Position numbers and translations under genes: made by a program. The notes beneath the pieces were generated by a model, which did no database searches, was not told the DNA's origin, and saw only the letters and a list, made by a program, of their open reading frames with translations. A stretch of 64,000 bases of DNA from Octopus bimaculoides (lineage: Eukaryota), in contig NC_068998.1 in NCBI RefSeq assembly GCF_001194135.2, forward strand, positions 50,168,671 through 50,232,670, given 5' to 3'. This document shows, in pieces, positions 41,557-64,000 of the stretch; the stretch's first letter is position 1, and every line of letters begins with the position of its first letter.

Positions 41557-42719
41557 CTATCATCATCATCATCATCATCATCACAACTGTTCCTTTCATC
41601 ATTTGGGGCTCGGTAAAAAGTGTTAGCTGAACAGCGAGGTCAATGTAACCTTGTAGTCTCTCCTCATAACATTTCTGAGTTTGTGCCTATCGCAGAAAGG
41701 AATATCATTGTCATCGACAATATTATTTCTACTAATTGTTTCACTTATTAATATATTACGTAGCACAGTGTAAGTTCATGGGACAACGAAGTTGCACACT
41801 TCAATTGTATTAACATTAATCAGAAAGTGTATATTACTAGAAACGTTATAGCATATTTGAGGAAATACAGGTCAAACTCATGACGTTTTATTATTGAAAA
41901 TACATTATATACAATTTCTTTGTTTGAATTTATAATTTAACGATGTTACCTCTTTCATTGTATAAAAGCCAGCATCAAGATCCAGTTCCAAGCAGAAGGT
42001 ACGTGATGTCATCGCATCTACGGTTTTATCATTTGAAATGCAGTATTAAGGATATTATTTTAATTTACACTAGCATAAATACATATTGTAACATAACTAC
42101 TTTGCTATAGTATATTGTAAATTGATTCATTATATTTGTTAAATATGAGATAAACGACCTAATAATATTCCTAGAGCAATATAACGATATCCATCATTAC
42201 TAGTATTAATAACCAACGCTAAAACTATTAATCCTATAGGAAAAACGATATCAATATAGTTGACGTATATAAAATCCGTAGTTTCTCGAGAGGTTATGAA
42301 ATTTATATGCAACACATCGTGCATATTTTCATTCAGCTATTATAGCTATATTCAAACACTCCATTCGAGTGTTAATAGAGACTTTGTATGACTGAATATT
42401 TTAGACAGTAATTCTATTGTCTATTTAGATTAACTTAGATTGAGTTTTCGGTGCAACATGAAATTGCAGCAAACGCGGCCTATGTTTAAATTCCAGTTTA
42501 TCATATATCTTGGTGCAACAATTACAATCTGTACTCTATCACTCTGTAATTGTTTTAGCTTCAAAATAAGGTTTCAGATCAAATCCCTTTTAATGCAAAT
42601 ATATTTATTTTCCGAAAGCATGTATCAAGATGTTCTACATTTTCTTGTTCTCTTTACAGATAACGTTCAGTGTAGCAATCGTTACTAAAGTTATGGGTAC
42701 ATTATTAATGCATAACTAA
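37699..42719 (+). pseudogene. Gene F: frame intact but no ATG at the start position (ACG); candidate pseudogene or non-AUG gene
   Basis: Exons 37699-37735, 39096-39165, 41014-41095, 41969-41998, 42660-42719. (T)RQRILIIFLLIG-DVVMGDKCIFYEWSSCKDYGYCR-RFGEIHECFNLQYKVCRDRYKARTLCD-PASRSSSKQK-ITFSVAIVTKVMGTLLMHN*. An in-frame TGA lies just upstream of the ACG. AATAAA at 42859. Confidence 0.7.
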
Positions 42720-43154
42720 TTAAACGCCATGCTACCATGACAATATTAGCGTGTGATTCTGAAAATTTCAATGAGGCTGCAGTCATGTGTCCTTGAAACA
42801 TATTTTTCACAAGAGGATGTATTAAACTATAATTTTTTTTTCTTTCTAACTTATTTCTAATAAAGCCAAGTACGTTCAAAATCTACTTAAGTCTTGTATT
42901 ATTTTACTGAATTCAATGCAACTCCAGTTGCCATACTAGAAAACAGTCTAACTTATTCTTACAAATTATATGGCATGAAGCTTTTCCTGAACGAGTATTT
43001 TTAATTTCTCTGCACTCATTCACATTTCTTGCAAAATGCTAGTTTCACAAGGAAGCGAGATAATAAGGAACCCTTTTTTAACTTATATTCATTCATGTTT
43101 TTGCCGCAATATTTTGAATATTTGCCAATAGCTGGCACTTGGGTATATAGTTGA

Positions 43155-43770
43155 TGTTCTAATAAGAGTTATCACGCCTCCTTGCGAGAGATAGCCAGGT
43201 CAGTGTAAAGTTTAAATAATGAAGATCAAAATGATTTCAGAGTTCGAGGTTGAGTGATGTTCGTTCTAGTTCGCAGTGGAATCGGAATGTGTCGGTTGGA
43301 AAGTTCACAAGGAATACTGATTGTCGGTTTGTAAAAAGATTTGTTAGTTCGTTACATTGTTTTTACTGCCCTCTGGTCATCATATTTATTGTACGTAATA
43401 ATTACGTTACGCTATTTTCCGAAGCTCACTAGGTTAACAACTTGTTAAGTAATGGATGACCTATTACTTTGCATAGTACCGTTGCAAACGTAAAAACAAC
43501 AGCAGCAACAGCAGTTGCAGAAGCAACTATTGCAGCAACAACTACAATAACAACAAAACAATTATTGGAGCTATATTCAAAGAAGTCCAAAAAATGAAGA
43601 CCGTTTTTGACAGCCGGCGATTCGAAATCGATTAATGAATTCAGTTATAACCCAGAGGAGAGTATAGCATTTGAATCGTAGTACAGAAAGTTTGTGGAGT
43701 GTTTTAAGCAACACTGGAAATCATGGTCGTACGAATAAGAAGTGAGATTGTTAATGCAATACTTAGCACC
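43155..43770 (+). mobile_element. Ty3/Gypsy-like remnant (LTR-like segment and gag-region fragment)
   Basis: From ~43640 translates FSYNPEESIAFES*YRKFVECFKQ...KVRLL, resembling the N-terminus of K02A2.6-like Gypsy polyproteins. Confidence 0.45.
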
Positions 43771-44039
43771 GTTATAGCATACACTGTACTGTGATTTCAT
43801 GTTGCACCGAAAACCCTATCAAATTTGTTTTAAATAAGCAATAGAATTACTTTACCCTATTTGTTTTTATTTGTGGTTAAGAGCGCGGGCTACTAACCCC
43901 AAGATTCCGAGATAGATTCCAAGCAGTGATCTGAATAGTAATACCAATAATAACATCGAACAATGCCTTAAGGATGAGAATTATATGAGTGTTGATAGGT
44001 ATTTTAAATGAATATGGAAACTACATATTTTACAGCATG

Positions 44040-44870
44040 AATATATGATCATTTTTTGTCAATACTTACATTAAGTAGGATATTCTTAGTTGAAATGATA
44101 AAAAAACGTTTCAGTACTGTGTATCTCTTACCTATTTCATCTGCATTGTTGCTATTTTCATTTGGTTTACAATGGGATGTGTGTGTCCTAATATGGCTAT
44201 ATTTAGTGTATGTTAACTTTTCATTCTTAACGATGTCTCTGCGTACATTACTTAATTCATTTGCCTCTATATTTCTGCGTACTTCTTTCCCTATTAAATT
44301 TCTCAATAAAGTGTATGTTTGTACAATGAAGTTCGTTCGGGTTTAGTTGGTCTGTATAGAAATCTTTCAACAAATCTTTATAATCCTCTCTTTTCCTGTT
44401 CATGCATTTTGCTTGAGGTGGTATTATTGGTGGCGCCACTACAGGTCTAGCGTTAGGGTTATCCTGCTTCTGGTTATATAGCAGGTTCATATTTTTTTGT
44501 TTTAGAGTTTGTTCCAGCAGCATAATTTTCTCCCCTAGTCTGCTTTCCCAGTAGGTAACGCGGTCCTTGTCTCGTGGGATGACCAATCGGGCATGAGTTT
44601 TAGTTTGTCATTAAAGCATTGACGGTGACAATAGGCGAAGGGTCTGTTTGTTCACGGTTGACTTTTTGACATGATGACACTTCCTAGTTCTTCAAAGAGA
44701 TATAAATATCGCATTGTAGAGTGACAGATAGAAAATCGCCTCTATTTTTTTGGACGGTGGTTATGTTTCTGAGTATAACTGTTCGGTGATATCTTAAGAT
44801 GAGTGAGAAATTTGCTCCGGAAAGTCGTTTTGTTTTAGTTTGGTATGGCTTTGCTCATTACATGTGTGTT
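44040..44870 (-). mobile_element. Probable retroelement (Penelope-like) ORF remnant
   Basis: Hydrophilic ORF pieces at 44257-44586 and 44049-44306, with no splice structure linking them to the gene family. Assignment tentative. Confidence 0.3.
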
Positions 44871-45266
44871 TCCGTTGTTTTCAGTGTGTGTACGTGTATG
44901 CTGTATAGGTATTATTTATGTTGCTTGTACATATTAGCTTGCACAGATGGATGCATTGACAGGTGCATGTATAGGTAATTATTCAATTTACGAGTTACTG
45001 TGTAATTAGTTTGTTATGCCAGGTTACCTGGTGCTGGTTTCGACACTTTGCGTATGTCACACTGAGATATCACGCATTTAAGAAGGAAACTACACTGTAT
45101 GAAAGAAACAACTGTCCGAAGTTTTAGTTCTTTTCATTTAACAAGACTTTTCCCATAGTTGTATCGCGAAGTATTCCTTCCATTGCACCGATTGTATTGG
45201 ATTAATGTTCTGCAGAGAGGGCTTCTTAGAGAACGTCCATGTTGTAATTGACAGCGGAGCATTTCT

Positions 45267-45388
45267 TTTATTATTATTATTATTATTGTTGTTCTTGTTG
45301 TTATCATCATTATTATTATTATTATTATTATTATTGTTGTTCTTGTTGTTATCATCATCATTATTATTATTATTATTATTATCATTAC

Positions 45389-45428
<40 letters not shown>

Positions 45429-46260
45429 TTATGTTTGACTTTTGTTTTGCATTTGTACAAGTTGGATCCAAGTCTCACCCAGAGACCTCAAGAGACAACA
45501 AGTTAGAAGTTCATGTAGGTGTTATGCCTAGGGTACCATATATTTGGATTTGTACAGTTTTGTTCAAGTGAACGTTTAAGAAACCATAAGAAAATTATGT
45601 TTGCTTTAAAATTTGAGATCACATAGACAGTATTTTACGTAGGATATGGGCAGTTCCCATGAGCACTATCTTTTGNNNNNNNNNNNNNNNNNNNNNNNNN
45701 NNNNNNNNNNNNNNNNNNNNNNNNNNNNNNNNNNNNNNNNNNNNNNNNNNNNNNNNNNNNNNNNNNNNNNNNNNNNNNNNNNNNNNNNNNNNNNNNNNNN
45801 NNNNNNNNNNNNNNNNNNNNNNNNNNNNNNNNNNNNNNNNNNNNNNNNNNNNNNNNNNNNNNNNNNNNNNNNNNNNNNNNNNNNNNNNNNNNNNNNNNNN
45901 NNNNNNNNNNNNNNNNNNNNNNNNNNNNNNNNNNNNNNNNNNNNNNNNNNNNNNNNNNNNNNNNNNNNNNNNNNNNNNNNNNNNNNNNNNNNNNNNNNNN
46001 NNNNNNNNNNNNNNNNNNNNNNNNNNNNNNNNNNNNNNNNNNNNNNNNNNNNNNNNNNNNNNNNNNNNNNNNNNNNNNNNNNNNNNNNNNNNNNNNNNNN
46101 NNNNNNNNNNNNNNNNNNNNNNNNNNNNNNNNNNNNNNNNNNNNNNNNNNNNNNNNNNNNNNNNNNNNNNNNNNNNNNNNNNNAATATCTGCATTATTCG
46201 CTCTCTTTGGGTATTTGCCATTGAGAGCTTTTCCATGCCATTTTTCTGTCATAATAGCTA
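45267..46260 (-). mobile_element. Non-LTR retrotransposon 3' end with (TAA)n tail, spanning a gap
   Basis: Minus-strand QKIVLMGTAHILRKILSM* and MTEKWHGKALNGKY, then a 3' UTR also seen at 52803-52847 and a (TAA)n-like tail at 45267-45430. Confidence 0.65.
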
Positions 46261-46266
46261 AGGCAG

Positions 46267-46351
<85 letters not shown>

Positions 46352-48150
46352 TATCGGCTTTGCACAACATCTTGTACTAGTGTTTTGTATTGTGTGTTGT
46401 GTGCGTAAAGCGATGGGTTATTGGTCTGCTAGTTGTTTTTTAATTAATTAGGTATTTGCTATATAAACTGTTTCCTGTGTTTGTAGATTTTTTCGTTTCG
46501 TTGGCATTTTTGAATTGATAGTCCCTTGCTTTGGATGAGAGCTGGTCCTAGCCATGGTATTTTGGGGATTGTATGTAGCTTCTACGTTTTTTTCATGTTT
46601 TGAGAAATGTGTAAAAATAAGCATCAAACATTTCCATCATAAGACTCGAATTCTATTTCTTGTAACAAACCGAGAATGTCATAGCAACATATTAAACTCT
46701 CCTGTGTTCTATTACATTTAAGAATTTCTTCTCTTTTTCTATAAAATGTAGTGTACGTGTTTCAAATGAGCACGTTTTTCTCTCTAATTGTTGAAGACAG
46801 GGCGGAATGTGCCAGGCGCCTGTTTGTTGGAATTTGGAAAACAAAGGCGATGAAAGTTTTGCTTTTATGAATTTTATCAAAAGTTATCACCTAAAATAAG
46901 GAACTGATAGAGCAAAACTGAATAAAAATTCCGTGCTCAGCGCACCCAAATTACATAGATCTTGCTGTCAAATCTAGTTTTATTAACAAAAATTGAAATT
47001 AGTTCATTTCATGGGAGGAGGGATAAACGGAATTGTGGTAGGTGGCTTTAACTTCAAATGAGAAGCAGAGAGAAAGTCAAAGAGAAAGATATTTCAGATT
47101 CGATATTCCACAAAAATCATTGATTATGTGAAGGGGAGCTGTGAAAATGTGTTTCTATCACAATAGACGTGAACTGCCCATCAACTGTCATAGCATATGA
47201 CCAGGTGAATAGGTTAAAAGACATGTACAAGTAGGAGAAAATATTTATGATCTGTTGTCTCATATACGAGACATTGTAACAAATATCAAATCTGTTTATA
47301 ATATCTATAGACTCGACTCTCAGTAGAAACAACTATAACAATACAATGTAAACGCACTTCTGAAACTTTGTATAGACTTCTAAAAACAATTAATACAGTT
47401 ATATTATATTCTGGTAGCAAGACGTAATACCATGTACCTACAAAATATTAGCTTTCACTTTTTCTGCAATGTTAGAAAAAATGAGATTATAATTCGATTT
47501 AGATGATTTAATTACCCAATAATTTAAGATGCTTAAAAAATATGTAACATTTACATGTTCATTTTTGCGATCATATATTGAATTATTAAGCAGTTATTTT
47601 TTAGAGAATTAGCGAAGGTTGCAATATATACTTCATTTTCTATTATTAACATAAGTTTGCTGCATTGGTAGACATACATTGTTGCAGAACAAGCTAATAT
47701 ATCGTATGCGTTTTTAACTCTATGTAATAATATACAATATCATAAGTCATGGAAAAATATGGGGTTAACCTCAACGTCGCTTATCAATCTATAATTTAAT
47801 GGCTTTAGCATTAATTTAAGTCATATTTTAGCCCATACAAACACGCATGTGCCTGTGTTAGTTCTGAAAGACTGCCTACATTCGTTCCATCTTTTGAATA
47901 CAAAACGGTACCATTAGGAACATTCGTTATGAAACGTAACAATTACCAATGGAAACTCAAAAAATCTATTTGAAGTAAACATTTTGTAATAGCCAATGAA
48001 GACATAATTAATAAGTTGTCAGATATAAAATTTAAATGGACAAACATTTCACCTCAGTAATATATCACCCATCGAATTAATAAATTACAAAAGTCCAATC
48101 TAACATATGTCACTACATATTTCGAACTATAATTAAAAATATTGAAGATG

Positions 48151-48158
48151 TATAAATA
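48151..48158 (+). promoter_or_regulatory. Putative TATA box of gene G, positionally conserved in paralogs
   Basis: TATAAATA at 48151 and 61278, CATAAATA at 30503 and TATAAAA at 37649 each start 50 nt before the start codon position. Gene D has TGTAAAAA 49 nt upstream. Confidence 0.55.
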
Positions 48159-48200
48159 AACGATTACATTTTCTGAGTAGCGTGAGGAAGAGGCAGAAGC

Positions 48201-58677
<10,477 letters not shown>

Positions 58678-61327
58678 ATGCAATCACAATAATATTACCA
58701 TGTGAATCTGAAAATTTGAAAGAGGTTCCAGTCGTGTGTCCTTGAAACATATCAGTCACAATAAGATGTTAAACTATATTTTTTTTTCTTTTTCCCTCTC
58801 TCTTAATTCTAATAAAGCGATCAATGTTCAAACTCTATTTAATCCTTTTCTACCTTTACTGCATCCAACGAAACGCCAGCAGCTATACTAGAAAACAATC
58901 TACCTAATTCTCACAAATTATATAGTTCTAAGCATTTTCCTGAACGATGGTTTTCATTGTATCTGCCCTGATTCATTGTCTCTTCCCGGAATTCGGTTGG
59001 CCAGGAAGTACAGATAGAAAGAACCTTATTTGAGACTAAATTTCATTGGCAGCTGGGTATAGAGTTTATTAAAATAATGGTTTCAAAATCATTCAGAAGA
59101 ATTCTATACATTTCATTAAAGATAATAATAATAATTTTTTTATCGATGGTGGAATCAGCTAATATATTCATTGGTATGTAAATGTACAGTGATTATGTGT
59201 GTACTGGTATGTCTGTGTGTAAATATGTATATATGCGTAACCCCCCTCCCCGCACAGACATGTATATGTATGTATTCAGGTATGTATTCCATAAAATACA
59301 TAAAACAAGCAGCAGGATTTGCAATCATATATAACATACATAAAACAGAACTGCTGCTAGGCACCGCACACTTCCTTCGTAAAACACGTTCAATACAGTG
59401 AAAATAAGAGCACCACGACAAAGCACAGCACAAACCCTAACCTCACGCAAGTGCGCTCAGTAGTGTAGTGAAAGCACATGATAAGTTAAAAATACTGAAT
59501 AATAATTTTAATAATAATAACAATCAGAAAATATGTGTGACAGCAAGCTGCTGGGAATATAGACCACAGCAGACAGCATTGACTGATAGCTGCTGAGAAC
59601 ATAGACCAAATCTGAAGGTACCATGAAGCATAAATTAAAAACTCACAAAATCAGTGACAGGAAACTACGTCTAAAATAAGCCACCTCAGGAAACTGAAAG
59701 ACTTTTCTTATATGGAGTATATATATATATATACAACAATAGTTTCCTGTAGATGAACCTTTACAGCAATATGTGCATATGAATGTGAAAATGTAAACAC
59801 ATTGCTATACGAAATCTGCAAACCTGTGATTAAAATTTTAAATTTTACATTTTAATTACATATAAATCAATATTTATACAACATTTGTACATTGCTATTT
59901 CTTCTGGGTCTTTCGCTGATCTATGAATAATAATTATAATTATAACTACGAAGTAAACATCAACACATATCCGTTAGCTGCTTTTGAATGCTGTAAAAAT
60001 GGAACCATAACAAAGTCAACCAAAAAGAGAAGAAATAGGCAGGCAGATAATCATAAATGCTATAAAGCAGTTGATTGATAATACACCAATAATAATTATG
60101 GTTACAACTGCGTATGAAATATCAACACACGTCAGTTAAAAATGTTGACGCGTAAAAAAGGTGAAAGGACGGTGGAGAGATAATCATAAATACTATAAAA
60201 GTGTTGATTTATGATTTACAAACTCTAATGTGCAATACACTGCCCCGCAAAAATGTAGGCAAACATAAGCAATCCTATTATGCTCATAGGATATAGGTAT
60301 TGATAATGATAAAGAAGAGTTTATCAGGAATCAAAATTAAATTAAGCAGAAAATGGTGAAATCATAATCAAGAAGAATTGACTAACATCGAATATTATTT
60401 TTTAATGCAAAACGTAATCCTACCTAACTGCCGTTTCTGATTCCAATGTCCTACGGTGTTGCCATTGAAAATTCTGAGAATAATATTCGTCCTATTTTGT
60501 AACACGTGATCTGGAACATGGAGCTTCATCGGAATGAAGAAAAATAAAGAAAAGAGAAGAAATGAAAAGAGGGAGATCCCTTGGAAGAAGAATGAAGGTT
60601 TAATATATTTAAATCATAAGCATTTTGCAGTGTAAGACTCCAGGACATTGAGTAAATGAAAACTTGAATTATTAATAAGGGTAACAGGACATATAAATAA
60701 TAATTATTATTTCTACACCCTGGTGCCGTTAAAGAAATGTTGCTCCCAAAGGAATTTTTAAATACAAACAAATGACCGAGTCCTGTCAGCGTTGATTTGT
60801 GGCTTCGATTCTGGCTATGATTAGCTCATCATTTTTCGGTCATCTGTTTGTATTCAAAACGGAGAATACTTATGATTATCGTATATTATTATACAGGCAT
60901 ATGTGTGTGTGACGGTTTTCCTTCAGTTTATGTCTACCAAGTCCACCCGGAAGTTTTTGGTCGGCATTGCATTATATTGGAAGACACTTGCACAAGGTAC
61001 CACGCAGTGGGACTGAACCCAGAAACATGTTTATGAAGTAAACTTTCTACCACTTTCTACGCATGTGTCAGTTGTGATTAATTGCCTGTATTCTTTGAAT
61101 TTTATGAACATAACACGTTCCCATTTGGAACATTCATTTCCCAAAGGGAAATAAAAACATAAATATTAAGAAGTTGCACATAAATTATTAACAGACAGAT
61201 TTTTCAGTTCGTTAATTACAAATGCAAGCAAACATATGTTACTACATATTTCAGACTTTAAATAAGTGTTGAAGATGTATAAATAAACTATTACATTTTA
61301 CGAATAGGTCGAGGAAAGAGCCACATC

Positions 61328-61851
61328 ATGAGAAATCTTATTCTTCTTATATTCGCTTTTCACATTGGTATGTAGAATCAGGGAAACAATTTTCTGTCTA
61401 TATACCTTATGAAATTCTATATCGATTGTATTTATATTAATATCTTTGCATCAATATATTATACACATTTATACTTATGGCTGTATATTTTTATCTATCA
61501 AATTATTTGCACTTTCACGTATACATCTATATTGCTCCGTACTTAAGCTTATATATTTCAGACTGAGATACAAATATATATGTGGAAGACCGTAGTCTCG
61601 ATACGTAAAAAAAACACATTCTTTTCTGTTAATGAGAACAACATATGTATACATATAATCTTTTATTCTTTTTTACTTGTTTAAGTCATTTGATTGCGGC
61701 CTAGTACTTATTCCATCGGTCTCTTTTTCCGAACCCCTAAGTTACAGGGGCGTAAACACAGCACCATCGGATGTCAAAAGATGTTAGGGGGGTACAGACA
61801 GGGTCACACAAACATACACACACACGCGCGCAAACACACGCACACACACAG

Positions 61852-61916
<65 letters not shown>

Positions 61917-63437
61917 NNNNNNNNNNNNNNNNNNNNNNNNNNNNNNNNNNNNNNNNNNNNNNNNNNNNNNNNNNNNNNNNNNNNNNNNNNNNNNNNNNNN
62001 NNNNNNNNNNNNNNNNNNNNNNNNNNNNNNNNNNNNNNNNNNNNNNNNNNNNNNNNNNNNNNNNNNNNNNNNNNNNNNNNNNNNNNNNNNNNNNNNNNNN
62101 NNNNNNNNNNNNNNNNNNNNNNNNNNNNNNNNNNNNNNNNNNNNNNNNNNNNNNNNNNNNNNNNNNNNNNNNNNNNNNNNNNNNNNNNNNNNNNNNNNNN
62201 NNNNNNNNNNNNNNNNNNNNNNNNNNNNNNNNNNNNNNNNNNNNNNNNNNNNNNNNNNNNNNNNNNNNNNNNNNNNNNNNNNNNNNNNNNNNNNNNNNNN
62301 NNNNNNNNNNNNNNNNNNNNNNNNNNNNNNNNNATATATGTTTTTACGTGTCATTATTAGGTTCAAGCGATGGAAGCATATCTGAGAGTATTTCTTAGCA
62401 CATTTAGTGCTCACATTGCATATCAAAACGAAAATAGGTCGATAAGATAAAAGACAAACGAGCGAAAGAGAGAGAGGGGGGAGAGGGGAGAGAGAAAGAG
62501 AGAGAGGAGGAGAGAGAGAGAAAGAGAGAGATAGAGAGGAAGTGAGAGAGAGAGAGAAATATAGAGAGAGAAAGAGAGAGAGAGGGAGGGAGAGAGAGAA
62601 AGGGAGAGAGAGAAAGAGAGAGAGAGAAAGAGAGAGAGNNNNNNNNNNAGAGAGAAAGATAGAGAGAGAGAAATATAGAGAGAGAAAGAGAGAGAGAGGG
62701 AGGGAGAGAGAGAAAGGGAGAGAGAGAAAGAGAGAGAGAGAAAGAGAGAGAGAGAGAAAGAGAGAGGGAGAGAGAAAGAGAGAGAAACTGATGCAACGCT
62801 GGAATTAGTCTAACCTGGGCGTAGGTTCACAGTTTTTCAGGCAAGGTGTAAATTGTTTACACCACTCGTACTTCTTGACAGGTAATTATTTTGTCGGCAC
62901 CAAAAGTTTGCGAAGACAAATTCGATGAAGATAGAATTTGAAATCTGACGTAATGTAGGTCTAAAGGAAGCTAAGTTGTGTGCCCGGCATACGAATGATT
63001 CTGCAAGCTCGCGTACGAATTGTTCCTTCGCACATGAGCGTAAGTTAAATGTCAGTTACGAATATCCATAAAAACGTACTAGAAAACAATCTCTGCGAAC
63101 TACCACTAATTACGGACAGGGAAGTTTATAATTAGTGTAGAACGATATTGATTTGTCTATCCTTCTATTTACAACCAAGTGCCATATGTACTGCATTGAA
63201 ACTTGAAAATGATCTAAGGATTTGGGAAAGCCACATTATAATGGCTTCGTCATTCTGTTCAGAAAGTACTTTCCAAGTGTCTTTTATTCAGTACACAAAA
63301 ACAGGCAAGACATAACACTGTAATTTCTAATTTATAGATGAATTAGTCAATGGAAAAATACCAATGTGTATTTTAAATACAACCCGATGCAAACATCTAA
63401 AGCAGAAGGATGTGGAGGGGACGGAAGACATTTGCCT
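61328..63437 (+). CDS. Gene H (3' partial): family member, signal exon and first Cys exon
   Basis: Exons 61328-61367 and 63338-63437: MRNLILLIFAFHID-ELVNGKIPMCILNTTRCKHLKQKDVEGTEDIC(L). Same splice flanks and phases as gene E. Remaining exons lie beyond the window. Confidence 0.82.
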
Positions 63438-63489
63438 GTATGTATAATAATATAATAATTATGCAAAGAAAAAAAAAATATATATATAT

Positions 63490-64000
63490 GGCTCGTTCTC
63501 CTGCTCTCATCCATCTCCACCATCCTCTCCAACACCACCTTCCTCACAGGCTCCCATCATAGTCCTTATCATATCATTGACCCCTTTACCTACACTCCTA
63601 GCAACATCATTTACTGCATCCCATGCTCTTTGGGTTTTTTTTCTCTGTACGTCGCGTGGCCATCCGGTTCACGGAGCACCTCCAAAACATTAGACTTCCC
63701 AATGGCTCCGGTCTCGCGCCATTTCCGTTCTACTGGTCATTCATTACAACTGTGTTCGGATTCCTTGCACTGGGCCATCCGAACACGACCTTCGCCGTGA
63801 ACAAGATTTAATCTTCGCTTTTCACTCCTTTGCGTCACATGGGTTCAAACCCCCCCCCACCCCACTCTTTATCTGACAGCAACTTCCTCTCTCCCCTCCT
63901 ACCCACCTCTCCTGCCTTGCTCTGACACTACTTCCACTCTTCACTCATACCCACATTACCCCTTCATTGATAGCCCTCCATCCCCATCCTACCCTCACAC
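63490..64000 (+). mobile_element. Penelope-like element 3' fragment (GIY-YIG region)
   Basis: RRVAIRFTEHLQNIRL resembles the 'RF.EHL..I' motif, followed by C/T-rich sequence. Confidence 0.5.

Noticed and set aside
43872-43935. tRNA-like sequences at ~43872, ~12200 and ~51447
   Set aside because: The A/B boxes run into SINE bodies and I could not fold a complete cloverleaf. They are SINE heads, not tRNA genes.

Overview
AT-rich eukaryotic scaffold with dense microsatellites, N-gaps, SINEs and LINE/DNA-transposon debris. The repeat profile looks like an Octopus-type cephalopod genome (inference). The supplied ORF track is almost all noise and misses the real genes. Reading splice sites by hand reveals a head-to-tail tandem array of 8 paralogous small multi-exon genes on the + strand (A-H; A and H are cut by the window edges). 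They share one plan: signal-peptide exon (phase 1), Cys exon 2 (phase 1 to 2), Cys exon 3 (phase 2 to 0), a 30-39 nt polar linker mini-exon (phase 0 to 0), and a terminal exon with a ~19-aa hydrophobic tail and stop. The predicted 92-130 aa products look like secreted-pathway, probably GPI-anchored surface proteins with a C-x7-C-x13-C-x8-C-x7-C-x9-C framework. Inter-cysteine residues are hypervariable. In the A/B pair the Cys exons are less similar than the flanking introns I sampled and changes are mostly non-synonymous, suggesting diversifying selection. Variants include an 8-Cys member (C), a member lacking its ATG (F) and a member with a triplicated linker exon (G). I do not recognise the family. 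All models are manual predictions without transcript or database support.
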